From: a virus
Taxonomy: Duplodnaviria > Heunggongvirae > Uroviricota > Caudoviricetes
Direction: 5' to 3' (one strand)
IMG/VR virus record: IMGVR_UViG_3300024269_000002
Length of the DNA stretch: 64,000 bases
The notes under the pieces: generated by a model
What the model was told of the DNA's origin: nothing
The model's input: only the letters and a program-made list of their open reading frames with translations
Databases searched by the model: none
Made by a program: the position numbers and the translations under genes
Shown: one piece after another, positions 46,252-58,516 of the stretch
How positions within the stretch are numbered: position 1 is the first letter of the stretch
Layout of the letters: every line of letters starts with the position of its first letter

Positions 46252-47769
46252 ATGAATGAACAAGAATTGATGCTTCCTGCTCCGTACGATAAGTACTATG
46301 AGATTGTTTCAACTGATGTTGCTGGAGAGATTCCTGAAGCATTTAACAACTATTCAGAACTAGATGTTCTTGCAAAAGTGTACGCAAAGGAACACTATGA
46401 GGATGCACTTGCGGATAACTGTTTAGATTGTGTCTGGCTTGTCAGTGATGAAGTTGGTAAGCAGTTGCTCGTTACTGCCGTTAATGATCGTGTTTATCCT
46501 CTGACGCTTGAAGAAGTTATGGACTGTGTTGGTTTGAAGGAAGCCAGCACAAGTGAGCCTTCCTCTGTTGAATATGGCAACTTCCTTACAAATCACTATA
46601 AAGAGATTGATGCTGTGCTACAGAAGTATGGTATCACAAAACTATCCTATCGTCGTAGCACTGAGTATGCTGGAACTGTTAACGGTCACAAGTTCTTCTT
46701 TGTTGAGGGCAATACTGGAACAGGACATTATGCTAAAGAGCTGTACATTGATGGTAGAGAAGTAGATTTGTACCAGTCAAAAGAGTCGACAAGATCTTTA
46801 TCCAACCTCAATGATATGAATTATTTTGGTATTCTTTCACTTGTTAAGATGCTGGAGACAGATAATCTTGGTGGAATTGTTTATCGTGATGTTGACACAC
46901 TTGATGACTATGAAGAGTCTCTTGTGGAAGATACAGAAATGTCTGATGCTCAGAGACTTGCTCTTCAAGAGCTTGATACAGCGCTAGACTGTGGAGAACT
47001 TGATTCCGATAAACATGCTTTTGCTTATCAGATTCAGTGGGATATCAACTTTGAAGATGTATTACTGTTTATCAATGGCATCAATATTGATTTGAAAGAT
47101 ATCAAACATGTTGAATATGGTGACTGTGATGAAACAGAGTTTGATGGTTGCTATTCCGTCACTTTACACAATGGTGAAGTTAAGAGATATGGTTGGCACG
47201 ATTTTGATATGACTGGTTCCTTAACTTGTATTGATTCTAACGTGAATGAAGATTATGAATTGATCACAGATAAAACATTCATTCAACATCCAATGAACTA
47301 TGATGTTACGGATAGCTTGAGTTTTGAAGTTCAAGATAATGTAAAAGTATTTATTCACAGAGGTCCTGGTAAGCAAAAAGAATACTACATTATTATCGGT
47401 GATGCTTATGTTGCTCATTCTTTCAATAAACTTGAAACCGTAGAGAGATATCTAAGAAAGAATAAACTTGTTAAAGAGACAATGAACGAATCTTTCAAGG
47501 CGGGGGATCCTGTATACGTTAGCGTCGCAAATCGACAAGGTCGTGTTCTTAAAATGATTTCCGATGATGTTGTAGAAGTTGAACTAGAGAGCACATTCTT
47601 GTATCCGGCTCGAATTGATAGATACTATACTAGTGAAGTTGAACTTGTTAACTACGATCCTGATAAAGATGACGATGGACTTGATCCGGTAGTAATCGAA
47701 CATCCTGAAGATATTGACACTTATCTTGCTGATCCCGATAACAAATTTATTCCTGATGATGAATTCTGA
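46252..47769 (+). CDS. Acidic multi-module hypothetical protein
   Basis: 505 aa; SH3/KOW-like last module (FKAGDPVYV). Confidence 0.8.
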   Translation: MNEQELMLPAPYDKYYEIVSTDVAGEIPEAFNNYSELDVLAKVYAKEHYEDALADNCLDCVWLVSDEVGKQLLVTAVNDRVYPLTLEEVMDCVGLKEASTSEPSSVEYGNFLTNHYKEIDAVLQKYGITKLSYRRSTEYAGTVNGHKFFFVEGNTGTGHYAKELYIDGREVDLYQSKESTRSLSNLNDMNYFGILSLVKMLETDNLGGIVYRDVDTLDDYEESLVEDTEMSDAQRLALQELDTALDCGELDSDKHAFAYQIQWDINFEDVLLFINGINIDLKDIKHVEYGDCDETEFDGCYSVTLHNGEVKRYGWHDFDMTGSLTCIDSNVNEDYELITDKTFIQHPMNYDVTDSLSFEVQDNVKVFIHRGPGKQKEYYIIIGDAYVAHSFNKLETVERYLRKNKLVKETMNESFKAGDPVYVSVANRQGRVLKMISDDVVEVELESTFLYPARIDRYYTSEVELVNYDPDKDDDGLDPVVIEHPEDIDTYLADPDNKFIPDDEF

Positions 47770-48089
47770 TAAGAGGTGAATAAACATGATTCAAATTCTT
47801 GAAAATGGTAAGTACAGAATTATTACTTGTGCTTGTGGTTGTAAGTATACTTTTGGCACTACTGATATTGAGGAAGGAATTGTTCCTTGTCCTGAATGCG
47901 GTGCTAAGAATACAGCTCCTGAAGTTCCTGCTAATTGAATAACAAAGAGCTACTGACTTCGGTTGGTAGCTCATTTTTATGTTGATTTGTAGAATAGCTT
48001 TTGAATAATAGGATTCAGCTTAGTTGATTAAATTACTGTTACTTTATATAATATGTATGTAGTTAGATAAGGATTGGAGGTGTATTCCT

Positions 48090-48338
48090 GTGAACTACGG
48101 TAAGATCTACATTGCCACAAACAACTGGCAAACTGGTACTCCCATTGAGGACTACAACGAGGGTGTTGCATACTTTACATTGTTTGGTGAGCAGTGCAAG
48201 TGCTCTTTGATTGATCCTGTTGTCTACCACAAGATTGAAACAGGCGAGTGGATTCCTTTTGAGCGTGCTCGTGATATCATCGAAGTGAGAACTCCAGAAA
48301 TCAACATTGAGCTGTTGCGGAAGACAGCAACACGATAA
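48090..48338 (+). CDS. Hypothetical protein
   Basis: Promoter at 48022, GGAGG RBS. Confidence 0.65.
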   Translation: MNYGKIYIATNNWQTGTPIEDYNEGVAYFTLFGEQCKCSLIDPVVYHKIETGEWIPFERARDIIEVRTPEINIELLRKTATR

Positions 48339-48361
48339 ATATAGAAAGTGATGGTGTTTAT

Positions 48362-49264
48362 ATGAAACATATTTTTAGAGTGTTTCTTGCACTACTGTTG
48401 ATTGTAGTTATGATTGCTACAGCAGCATGTACAAGCAAGAACGATGAGTTGACTCCTCCTGTTGAAGGTGATGAAACTCAGGCTACTGAGCTGCAGGAAG
48501 TTCCTGTTACTCTTGCAGAACAAGTTGTTTATGATGCAAATGACATCAAGATTACAGTTACTGGTTTGAATCATGGTGGTTTTACTACTGACGTAACTCT
48601 ACTTATTGAAAATAACAGTAACAAGAATATCTTAATCACTGCTCGTGATTTGTCTGTAAATACTTACATGATGGATGGCACTTTGTATGCCGAAGTTGCA
48701 GCTGGTAAGAAAGCAAATGAAGATATTTCAATCATGAATCTTGATCTTGATGCTGCGGGAATTGAAACAATTACTGACATTGTATTCTACTTCAATATCA
48801 GCGATCCTGAAACTTGGAATGATATTGCAAATTCGGATCTGATTACATTAAAGACTTCTGCAACTGATTATGTACAGGACTTCTATGATGAAGGTCAATT
48901 ACTGTATGATGAAAATGGAATTCGTGTTATCTGCCGAGGATTGAAGCAGGACATGATCTGGGATGGGGCTTGTGTATTCTATATCGAGAATAATTCTGAT
49001 CAAGCTGTGACTGTGTATTCGGAAAATGTTTCTGTTAATGGTTTTATGCAAGAATCAAGCCTCTGGGCGGATTTGAGACCAGGCACAAGAATTGTTGATA
49101 GTATGTCCTTGATGGATCTGGAAGATATCTCTGTTAACAGTATTCATGGAATTGAGGAAATTGAATTCAATCTAAAGATTATTGACAAGGATACTTGGGA
49201 CAAGATTGCAGTAACTGATCCGTTTACTCTGACTTTCAATGAGCCTGAAACTCCAACAGAGTAA
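48362..49264 (+). CDS. Lipoprotein with two repeated Ig-like domains
   Basis: Signal peptide with TAAC lipobox; internal duplication (YD.N.I.., IENNS, SVN.(Y/F)M). Confidence 0.75.
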   Translation: MKHIFRVFLALLLIVVMIATAACTSKNDELTPPVEGDETQATELQEVPVTLAEQVVYDANDIKITVTGLNHGGFTTDVTLLIENNSNKNILITARDLSVNTYMMDGTLYAEVAAGKKANEDISIMNLDLDAAGIETITDIVFYFNISDPETWNDIANSDLITLKTSATDYVQDFYDEGQLLYDENGIRVICRGLKQDMIWDGACVFYIENNSDQAVTVYSENVSVNGFMQESSLWADLRPGTRIVDSMSLMDLEDISVNSIHGIEEIEFNLKIIDKDTWDKIAVTDPFTLTFNEPETPTE

Positions 49265-49284
49265 CAGATAAGGAGAGTAGAAAA

Positions 49285-49566
49285 GTGAAGTCACTTATTC
49301 GTAGTATTGTTATCAAGGTGGCAGTTGCAGTTATTCTTATTACTGTGCTGTCTCTGGTACTTAGCGCAATTATGCCGACATTTGGCAATGACATTGCGTT
49401 GGGGCAGTTGGAGAACGACGATGTGAGTTTCATGCAGATGGAAATGTGGAATCGAGTTCAAAACGGAGTTACAACTGTTCAGTACATTATTACAGGCATT
49501 TGTGGTGTCTTGATTGGCACCGATGTATACAAATTTATCAAATCAAAAGAAACGGAAGGTAAGTAA
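49285..49566 (+). CDS. Two-TM membrane protein
   Basis: AAGGAG RBS; two hydrophobic helices; upstream of SPFH gene. Confidence 0.7.
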   Translation: MKSLIRSIVIKVAVAVILITVLSLVLSAIMPTFGNDIALGQLENDDVSFMQMEMWNRVQNGVTTVQYIITGICGVLIGTDVYKFIKSKETEGK

Positions 49567-49567
49567 A

Positions 49568-50482
49568 ATGAAGCATATCAAGAAGCTGCTGTTGATTGCC
49601 TTGTTGGTGATTACAGTTTGTTCTCTGGCTGGCTGCCGTAAGCCTTATGACAAGCCGGAATTTGTAACTATTGAAGCATCTCAGACTGCATTCCTGATTC
49701 CTCTGGTTGGCGATACATCGGATCAGGGAGCATTTGAGTCAGAGGAGCTTCTTCTGGAAGCAAAAGTGGCTACGAAGGAGATTCAGATTCCGCACCGTTG
49801 GGTCCAGACTGGTCGAAAAGAATATCAAGGTGAATGGCGTCCTTCTGCAACAGTAATTGTTGTTGAGCGCAAGCCAGTATCCCGTTCTTGGGAGTCTGGC
49901 GATTCTGCTGCCGATTCTTCTAACAAAGCAATCTTTGGTGAGACAGCTGATAACATCGGCATCTATGTTGGTATGAACTGTACTGCAATGATTGAAGAGA
50001 AGGATGCAGCAAAGTTCTTGTATCGTTACAACAATACTCCTCTGGAAACAATCATTGATACTGATATCAAGAAGATGGTTGAGGATCGGTTCAACATTGA
50101 AACAGCAAAGTATCTTTCTACCGACCTTGGTACCAAGAAGGGTGAAATTATCGAAGCTGTTAAGTCTTATGTTGTTGATTACTTCCAGGATTATGGCATC
50201 ACGATTACTGTTCTTGGCTTGAAGGAAGGCATCAGTTTTGAGAATCCTGCCATTCAGGAAGCACTTGATGCAAAGTTTGCTTCTGAGCAGGAGCTGGAAA
50301 TTCAGCAGAATAAGAATGCAGCGTTGATTGCAAAAGCTGAGGCTGAAGCAGAAGCAAACAAGTTACTGTCTGATTCTATCACAAAAGAGATTCTTGCACA
50401 GATGTACTACGAAAAGTGGGATGGTAAGTTGCCTACATACTATGGCAGCGGAGATGAAAATCCCCTTATTCAGGTTCCTTGA
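49568..50482 (+). CDS. SPFH/band-7 family lipoprotein
   Basis: LAGC lipobox; GITI..LG, AEAEAEAN.LLS.SIT..IL...Y.EKWDGKLP. Confidence 0.8.
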   Translation: MKHIKKLLLIALLVITVCSLAGCRKPYDKPEFVTIEASQTAFLIPLVGDTSDQGAFESEELLLEAKVATKEIQIPHRWVQTGRKEYQGEWRPSATVIVVERKPVSRSWESGDSAADSSNKAIFGETADNIGIYVGMNCTAMIEEKDAAKFLYRYNNTPLETIIDTDIKKMVEDRFNIETAKYLSTDLGTKKGEIIEAVKSYVVDYFQDYGITITVLGLKEGISFENPAIQEALDAKFASEQELEIQQNKNAALIAKAEAEAEANKLLSDSITKEILAQMYYEKWDGKLPTYYGSGDENPLIQVP

Positions 50483-50605
50483 TACATAACTAAACAATAG
50501 CGCAGCTTCTTGATGTGGCTGCGCTATTTTTATGTTTACAGTTGATTAATCTTATTTACTACATTATAATATATGTATAATAAAGAACTAGTTGGAGGTA
50601 CTAGT

Positions 50606-50965
50606 ATGAAGAAGTTTATCAAAATCAGTGATTTCTGTACAGCGCTAAACGTTGCAACTGCACAGCACAGTCACATGCGTATCCTGTCTATTGGAACTAC
50701 CAGTAATGGATTCTATACGCTCCGATGTGTTGATGATGACGGTAAAGAGTATGTATTCAAGGTATCCTGTTGGGATAACTCTACGACCAGTATGATTGAT
50801 CGTGTTGATGTTTTGGAGCATGCAATAAAGTACGGTAACAGAGCTGCCGCTGAATTTTTGAAATCTTTTGGTCCTGATAACTATGTTCAGACAAAAGAAA
50901 ACTATGCAGACCTTCTATACCTTCTTACTAACGGAGCAGAAGGAATTCCAATGGAGAACTTCTGA
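50606..50965 (+). CDS. Hypothetical protein
   Basis: Promoter at 50540, GGAGG RBS. Confidence 0.7.
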   Translation: MKKFIKISDFCTALNVATAQHSHMRILSIGTTSNGFYTLRCVDDDGKEYVFKVSCWDNSTTSMIDRVDVLEHAIKYGNRAAAEFLKSFGPDNYVQTKENYADLLYLLTNGAEGIPMENF

Positions 50966-51174
50966 TGTTAACAATTCTTAAACCTTGCCCTTTCTGTCAC
51001 GGAAGAGCAAAGCGAAAGCACGGAAAGTATAATCTTCTTGGAGCGTATGGTACTCCAGAGCAAGATAGAACTTGGTATGCTGTTTATTGCACAAAGTGCT
51101 ATGTGAGTCAGTGGCCCAAGACGTATTTTTCTCGTGAAGATTCAGATAATGCGTGGAATAACAGAGGAGGCTAA
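50965..51174 (+). CDS. Lar-family restriction alleviation-like protein
   Basis: LKPCPFC.G.A ... V.C..C ... AWN.R. Confidence 0.7.
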   Translation: MLTILKPCPFCHGRAKRKHGKYNLLGAYGTPEQDRTWYAVYCTKCYVSQWPKTYFSREDSDNAWNNRGG

Positions 51175-51331
51175 AAGATGAACTTTGATGGACATTCTTG
51201 CCCCAAATGTGGATGTGGTGTAACTCGAACCAAACGCACTTACAAGTGCAGATGTGGCTGGAGCTACAAAGAGCCTGAAGAGACGTACAAGAATCGCTGG
51301 AAGCGTTATTTTGAAGAGAGGGATCGAAAAT

Positions 51332-52036
51332 ATGCCCAGTGTAGATAAGATGTATACATATTTAAGAGGATATCTTGTTGGAGCAAATATGACTGAGTCT
51401 ATCAAGGCTCTTGGTTTTGCTCGTCAACAGCACTCTCTGCAAACACGTAAGGATGGCACTCCTTATATTGTCCACCCTTTGTCAATGGCTTGCTACGCTG
51501 TTGCTTTAGGGCTAAAAGACGATAATATCATTGCTACTATTCTGTTACATGATGTCTCGGAAGACTGCGGAATTCGTGTTGAACACATTGCTGTTAACAG
51601 AACAATTCAAGATGCAGTTAAGCACATGACGATAACAAAGTTTGATACTGATGTGGACAAGATTGAAACAAAGTGTCGTTACTTCAATGAGCTGTTAGAG
51701 AGCAGAGAAGCTCTTATTTGTAAAGCTCTTGATCGGTATAACAATCTTTCCGATGCTCCGTTGTCTCTTTCTTCTGATGCGGTTGCAAAGAATATTGCAG
51801 AAACAGAAATATTACTGTTGCCCATCTTGAAATCAGCAAAACAACTTTATCCAGATCTTGCTGACGCTTTGTTCATTCTCAGAACTAACTTAGAGGTACT
51901 TGTTAACATCTTGAAGAAACAGTACTATGATCAGTATACTAAGTGGAGATGTATCTATCAGCGTCAAACAACAAAGAATTCAATCAAGGATGAATTGAAA
52001 GGAGTTACCGATGCCGACTTACAAGGGTTGTCTTGA
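51332..52036 (+). CDS. RelA/SpoT-type HD hydrolase (small alarmone hydrolase-like)
   Basis: H..Q.RKDG.PYI.HP, LLHDVSED, K.LDR..NL. Confidence 0.8.
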   Translation: MPSVDKMYTYLRGYLVGANMTESIKALGFARQQHSLQTRKDGTPYIVHPLSMACYAVALGLKDDNIIATILLHDVSEDCGIRVEHIAVNRTIQDAVKHMTITKFDTDVDKIETKCRYFNELLESREALICKALDRYNNLSDAPLSLSSDAVAKNIAETEILLLPILKSAKQLYPDLADALFILRTNLEVLVNILKKQYYDQYTKWRCIYQRQTTKNSIKDELKGVTDADLQGLS

Positions 52037-52234
52037 AATTCCTATCAATGATATTCATTCAAAGTTTGCGCTGTTTCCGACTCTTGATATGAATGGTAAA
52101 TCTCTGTGGTTGAAATCCTACTGGGTTTATGGTAACTACTGTGAGATAGGATTCTTTGCTTTCCGAGGATCAAAGAAAGATTATCCAACAGTTGAATCAT
52201 TCTGGAATAGTATAAGATTTAGAATTCCTAACAT

Positions 52235-55200
52235 GTGGAGGTAAGTATGAGTTGGATTACAAATAAAGTATACTACAGATTTATCTATGTAATGATCTGT
52301 ATTGTGTCTGCATTGATTGCTGTTTGCCCTGGAGTCATTTCAGTGTTTATTCCTGAGGGTATGACTTGGCTTATCTTTCTAATGATCCTGCCCTGTGTTG
52401 GTCAGATCTTCTTTGTGGCAACACCGATTACAAATGCACTTGAAGAGTATCGTAATGCATGTAGTAAACGTGGATTGATTCATGAGCAGGATATTTATAA
52501 ACTGTTTGAAAAGAATGGTACTGCAAAGCTACATGTTGCAGACATCGATAAACTTCCTCGTTACAATGTTGATATTTCTGACACAAAGTATCAGTTGTTT
52601 ACTGAGACCATTCCTGTAATTGAGGACAGTAGTGGCACTGAAAGGAACATTGAAAGAAGTTATGTTCGTTGTTTACATTGTGACTATACTTTCCCGTCTA
52701 CTGTAATTGATGATGAAGATTTCAAGCACTGTCCGTGCTGTGGTCGTCGGATTACAAGATATCGAGTTCCAAAGGATTGGTACAAGAAACGAGCCGGGCT
52801 TGTTTGTGAAAACACAACATGGAAACCTGAAAGCGTAGCAAACAAGATGAGGGAGAAGTAATGCCAACAATAAATGATTGTGAAAAATGCACACAATATT
52901 GCCCTCAAAGACAACTGGCCAGAGAACAAGCTGAAAAGCGCATGTATGCTACTAACGAGTTTGTTGCTTTGCAGAAAGAAATTGAAGCAGGTAAGCTTGT
53001 TCGTGTTGTACAGGCTTACTGGCTGTGGAACCGCTTGTCGGACACTGTTAGATGCTCTCATTGTAACAGCTTAAGTGGAGTTGTTTCATCAAAGGAAGCA
53101 TTTGATGATTTCTGTAGTGAGCAACATTACTGTTACAATTGTGGCTCCAAGATGGTTAACCCACATGAATCCAGTGTAACTTTGAAGCATATCAAAAATG
53201 ATGACAAACATGCACGTTGGATCAGAGCTGAATGTTCAGAAAAGGACGGTAATGCAAACTGCTCCAACTGTGGTCACTGGGACTGGGATGATGCGAAGTA
53301 TTGTAAGGGCTGTGGTTCTAGGATGACGAGGAGTACTGCTAATGACTAACTCGCAAGAAATGCAAGATTTGATGCAGTTGCAACAAATGTCGGAAGTTGA
53401 GAACTTCCATAAGCGTTCTATTGTAGAGGAATTTGAGCTGAGTAACATGATTGAGTTACTTAATAATGCTCCAGGAATCGGCTGGTCCGCCTCAGCAAGA
53501 AGAATGATTGCAGAACATCTTGTTGCTAACGGTGTGAAAATTCCTGTTTACTGTAAGGACTGTAAACATCGGAAAAGGCCTTTGTTTGCTGGATGCGGTG
53601 ATGCATACTGTGACAAACACCATAGGCACGTAGAATTTGAGGATTTCTGTTCTGATGGAGCGAGGAGGGATAACAATGCTTGATTGTGTTGGTAAAGAAT
53701 TACAGATTGGTGACAAAGTTGTCTGTGCTGATAGACAGTATGCTGATTTACTGATTGGTGAGATTATCGGCTTTACACCAAAGAAAGCTCGTGTTCGTTA
53801 TCATAGAAGTGAGTACGGTGATGCTTATGGTGTACACGGACAGAATGAGCAGTTAAAAGAATCCTATCAGATTTTCAAGTATGAGGAAGTAAAAGAAGCT
53901 TACTGGCAGCACCGAGGAGCTCACAATGATTACATCTGGGCGGAATGTTCTAACTGCGGATTTCGTGAAGAGAACTGGAAAGTAGTCAAGCTCGGAAAAA
54001 GCGATACTGACTATGTGGATGTTAAGTGGCAACACTGCCCTAACTGTGGATCTCGTATGAAGGTGAGGAAATAAGCAATGAAAAGATTAACATATAAACA
54101 AGGAATTGATGGTTACGAGGATGTTGGTTTACGTACTGGTGTAACTGTTGGAGACGCAATTTGTAAACTTGCAGATCTTGAAGAGCGGAATGTTGAAAGT
54201 AGAGTCCTTGATCTTCCTGCAGTATCAGAGCATGAGTATCAGCTCTTTGTGGAAGGTCTTGAAGATTATTTCAAAGAAGCAGATCAGGAAGATACAAGTG
54301 TTGGTATCTTTGGTATGACTTATGGTGAAAAGATGCTCGCGAATGCTCTTATGAAGTTCTTGAAGGACGGCATTAAGAATGAGTAAGAGTCTTAGAGCCG
54401 ATGTTGAAAAAGCTGTTGCGGATTCAAGACGCCTTGATGAGGACTACTTTATGCAGCAGTGCCGAGGATTAACTTCACCAGAGATACTCAACTTCTATCG
54501 CAACTATTATTATCAAGAACCATCATGTACTGAACACGGACTTGTTGCAGTTGCACTAAATGAAATATTGCCTAACTATACACGATATGTACAAGCACAT
54601 CAATTGGCACTCGAGGGGAGGTTCGATGAAGCAATCAAAAGAATACTTAAGTAAAGAAACATTACTTAAAGGAATTGAACTATCTCAGCAAGTTTACAAT
54701 GAACATGAATCTGAACTGACTCCTTTGCTTGTTAAGATGGCTGTTACTGCATTGGAAACAATCAAAGAATTTGTTAACATGACTCCAGCAGAATATGTTC
54801 AGGAGGTAGATGCTTGATGACTGTTGTATTTATTCTTGCACTTCTAGTTGTAATATTTGCATTATTCAACTATAATAAAATTAGCTATTCAAAGTGGTAT
54901 GAAAGATGTGTAATCAATTCAAAGCATCCTGACTGGTCTCCGAAGTGCGGAATTGATTTCATCAAGAAAGATCCACAGTGGTTTATTGATAACGGATACG
55001 AGGAGTATGTTAACATATGAAACTTGTATTTATTGGAACCGATGGGTCAATGGGGCTAACTACTGGTAAGACTTATACTGCTCGTGTTACCAGCGATGAA
55101 CGCTATATATGGGTAAGTTGGAATAAAGGTTCTTGTTGCTACTCAAGTCCTCAAACATTTGCAAAAAATTGGGCTATCGTGAGAGATTAAGTATGTTTAA

Positions 55201-58200
55201 CTGGATAAGAAGACAATTTTGTAAACATGAATTCATTCATGTTCAAAAGACTATTTATGCCGATTGTGTATGCCATTCATATCTTTGTAAAAAGTGTGGA
55301 TGGATAAGAAAGATTGTCACATGAAATTATTTAACTGTTTGAAAAGATTGTGGTGTCAACACGAACATCAGCACATCAAGAAAACTGTTTACAAGAACGC
55401 AATTGTAACTACATTTACATGCCTCAACTGTGGTCATGTAGATACAATAATGAAATGTAGGTGATTTCTATGGGAGAACATTTTACTGAGTACGCATACA
55501 AGAATGGTTATGCGGCAGGATATGAAGCAGCCAAACAAACTTATTCTGAGGGTAACGACTTCTTTGTTAAGTTTCCTTGCAAGCCGGGCGACATTGTTTA
55601 CATAATTGAAGGCAATGTTCTTACAACTCACAAGTGTACTGGCTTCTGGGTTGCCGAGAACTGGATCCAGCTTCAACTGCTTGATGGTAGAACATTTACT
55701 TGTTGGGACGGTGTTGACAAATATTTCAACAAGACTATATTCACTGATATGGAACTTGCACTTGCAGAATGGGAAAAGGTCAAAAATGATTAAGAAATTC
55801 TTCAAGTGGCTAAACTATAGATTTTCAAGGGAGTGGTGCTATGAGCAACAAATGGTTAAAGGTAATGCTTGCGATAGTCGGTGTAACGGCGTCTTTGGCG
55901 GTGGTCCTGAAACTAACTGGCTGTCGTATTCCTGTATGGACTGCAGGTTTTGGTCACCAGAAAGGAAAGTAAAAAGAGTGAGAGATATCGGTAGAGTATT
56001 TACACCTGGAGACAAAGTTTTTGTTCTCGAAAGAGATGAGTGTGGAGCTGCATCGGATATTAGTGGCTTCATGTTTCTTGCTCAAAATGAGCATGTAGTA
56101 ATTGTTACACCGTTTATCAATGAGATGAGAAAGTTAAAAGAAACTCTTGATTATCTTGTTGAACAAACAGCTGAAAACTACAATTGTGAACTGTGTGTAT
56201 TTCCTATCAATGATTGCTTCTTAAGTGTTGAAGCCGCAAAGATCCAGAGAACACTGGAAGAAGATGCATATGAATATGCAGATGAGGATGAAGACGAATG
56301 AGTGATGAATTGATTCGTAAATCAGATGCAAGAAGAGCTGTATTACAAGCAGCTCCCAATGTTGCTTACTGTATTGAAAACTTGAAGCCTGTAAGTGCTG
56401 TCATTCCAAAAGAAGCAGTAATTGTTGAAAGAATTGTTGATCATACGTTCCCATCCCACACTGTATTTGAATGTAGTCTGTGTGATGCTTCTGTTGAGCC
56501 GTTTCATAACTGGTGCGGTATCTGTGGTGCAAGATTCAAAGAGGTGCAATATGTCAGAAATGTTTAACAGTGAATATAAAGATATCCCTGTTCCCAATGT
56601 TACACGAATTATGAGGAACAGAGCTAAGTTCATGGTGGAGGCTTTGAAAAATGCAAAAAGATTGCCCAATGCAAGTAAACGGAAAATGTCGTCTATCTCA
56701 AATGGATTGTTCGGACTATCCATTTAATCTCTGTAGTATCTTTCAACAAGCATATCAACTCGGAAAAGAAGCTGGCTACAAAGAAGCAGATGCTATGAAC
56801 TACTACGAAGGATCTGGTATTGGAGGGTTCCATGAGTACTGATAAACTACGCAAGGGGCAAGATTTACTCAAAGCATATCGTGAGATGCAGACTGCAAGG
56901 GAAATGTACACTGCCTCACCAGATACAACAACTTACTTGCTCTACCGAGACACAAAGAAAACTTATGATAATCTTTGTAAGGAGATTGCAAAAGATCTTG
57001 AGCAAGGTCATTCTCCTGAAATGATCAAGGATGCAAAAACAGATAACAATGCTGTAAAGCCTCCTGTTGAAATCGGTGACACCGTTTATTTTATCATGAA
57101 CGGAGAAGTATATAAAACAACTGTTGTTTTATTGTCCTGGACACAGTACTCTGATAAAAGTATTAGATCAGAAATTCGTGGTGAGGTTTGTCCTTTCCAC
57201 ACTTTCGGTGCCACTTGGGATGAGTGGGGCAAGGTTGTGTTCGGAACTGAGGAGGAGGCAAAGGTAATGTTAACAAAGAAAGATGAATGTGTATGAGTAT
57301 AGAATCAGTTCTTGGAATCTATACACTGGTTGTTGTTTTCTGTAATGTTATTTGGTGGATCTGTTGTTGTCCAGTATCTTGTTTTGGATTGGGGCTCTGT
57401 TTTCTAAATCCTCAGTACATTCACAAGAATACAAAACTTAACTGGTTTGGAACAATGCTTGTTTGTATTGTTGCTAATCTTGCCTTCGGGCCTATGTCAC
57501 TACTTTACTGGCTATACAAATTATGTACAGTTGGGAGGAGATACTAACTGTGACAAGAAAAAGATTTATCAAGCTGTTAATGGCTGCTGGCTACTCTCGT
57601 AATCAAAGTAATGTTATTGCGAAGTATTCAGCGCGTCCATATACAGTTTATAACGTTTTATCAGTGCATAAACAACTAACATCTGCTACATGTTATCGTA
57701 GAAAAAATTATAGGTATAAAAATGACTCGTAAAAGATTTGTTAAATTACTAATGGCTAGTGGGCAATCTCGTAACTTAGCTAATGTTACAGCACAAGCAT
57801 TTTGTATGCTACAGAAACCCTACATGTTTCCAGCGTACTTTGAACAAGCAACTTCAGCTTCGTGTTATCCAGTAAAGAACTACAAGATATCTTTCGACAA
57901 ATGGAGGTATAAATGAAACGCGTTGATATGATTGATAACTGTTTCAAACAATACCAACTGTTAGTTGATAAACTTGCAATAACAGCCGACGACAAAAATG
58001 AAGCAAGAAGACTTCGTATGAATTCAGCACAACTTATGATTGTTTTAAGACAGTTCGGATGCCAGAGAGACAACAACTATGACGCTAAAAGAATATCTTG
58101 AAAAACAGATTAAATATTTTTCTGAATCAAAGAAAGAATCCAGAGTAGATGACCCTATGTATCATCTATTTGAAGGACGTGTGAGAGCATATACTGATAT

Positions 58201-58448
58201 TCTTCTAACTTGCCCTACTAGCGTGCTTGAAAAGAAAATTTTAGATGAGGTGTGGTAAGATGTTAAATTTGATTGCGTGTATCATCTGTTCATTAGCTGT
58301 TATTGCACAATGGAATGATAACTGGGCATTAGTTACTGTTTGTGCATTGTTTGCTCTGGCTAATGGTTACTTTTCAATTCCGTGGTTGCGTAAAAAGTTT
58401 ACTGAATTGAATTATTCTTGGAAGCACAGACACGATGATGACTTTTGA
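52235..58448 (+). other. Tightly packed run of more than 20 small hypothetical ORFs, many with Zn ribbons
   Basis: ORFs at 52247, 52861, 53342, 53675, 54078, 54379, 54626, 54814, 55461, 55786, 56298, 56651, 56832, 57287, 57550, 57722, 57913, 58245 with stop/start overlaps and RBSs. Confidence 0.7.
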
Positions 58449-58516
58449 TTACAGTTGAATAAACTCCTATACTACATTATAATAATATTGTAGAAATCAG
58501 TTGAGGAGGAGTCACC

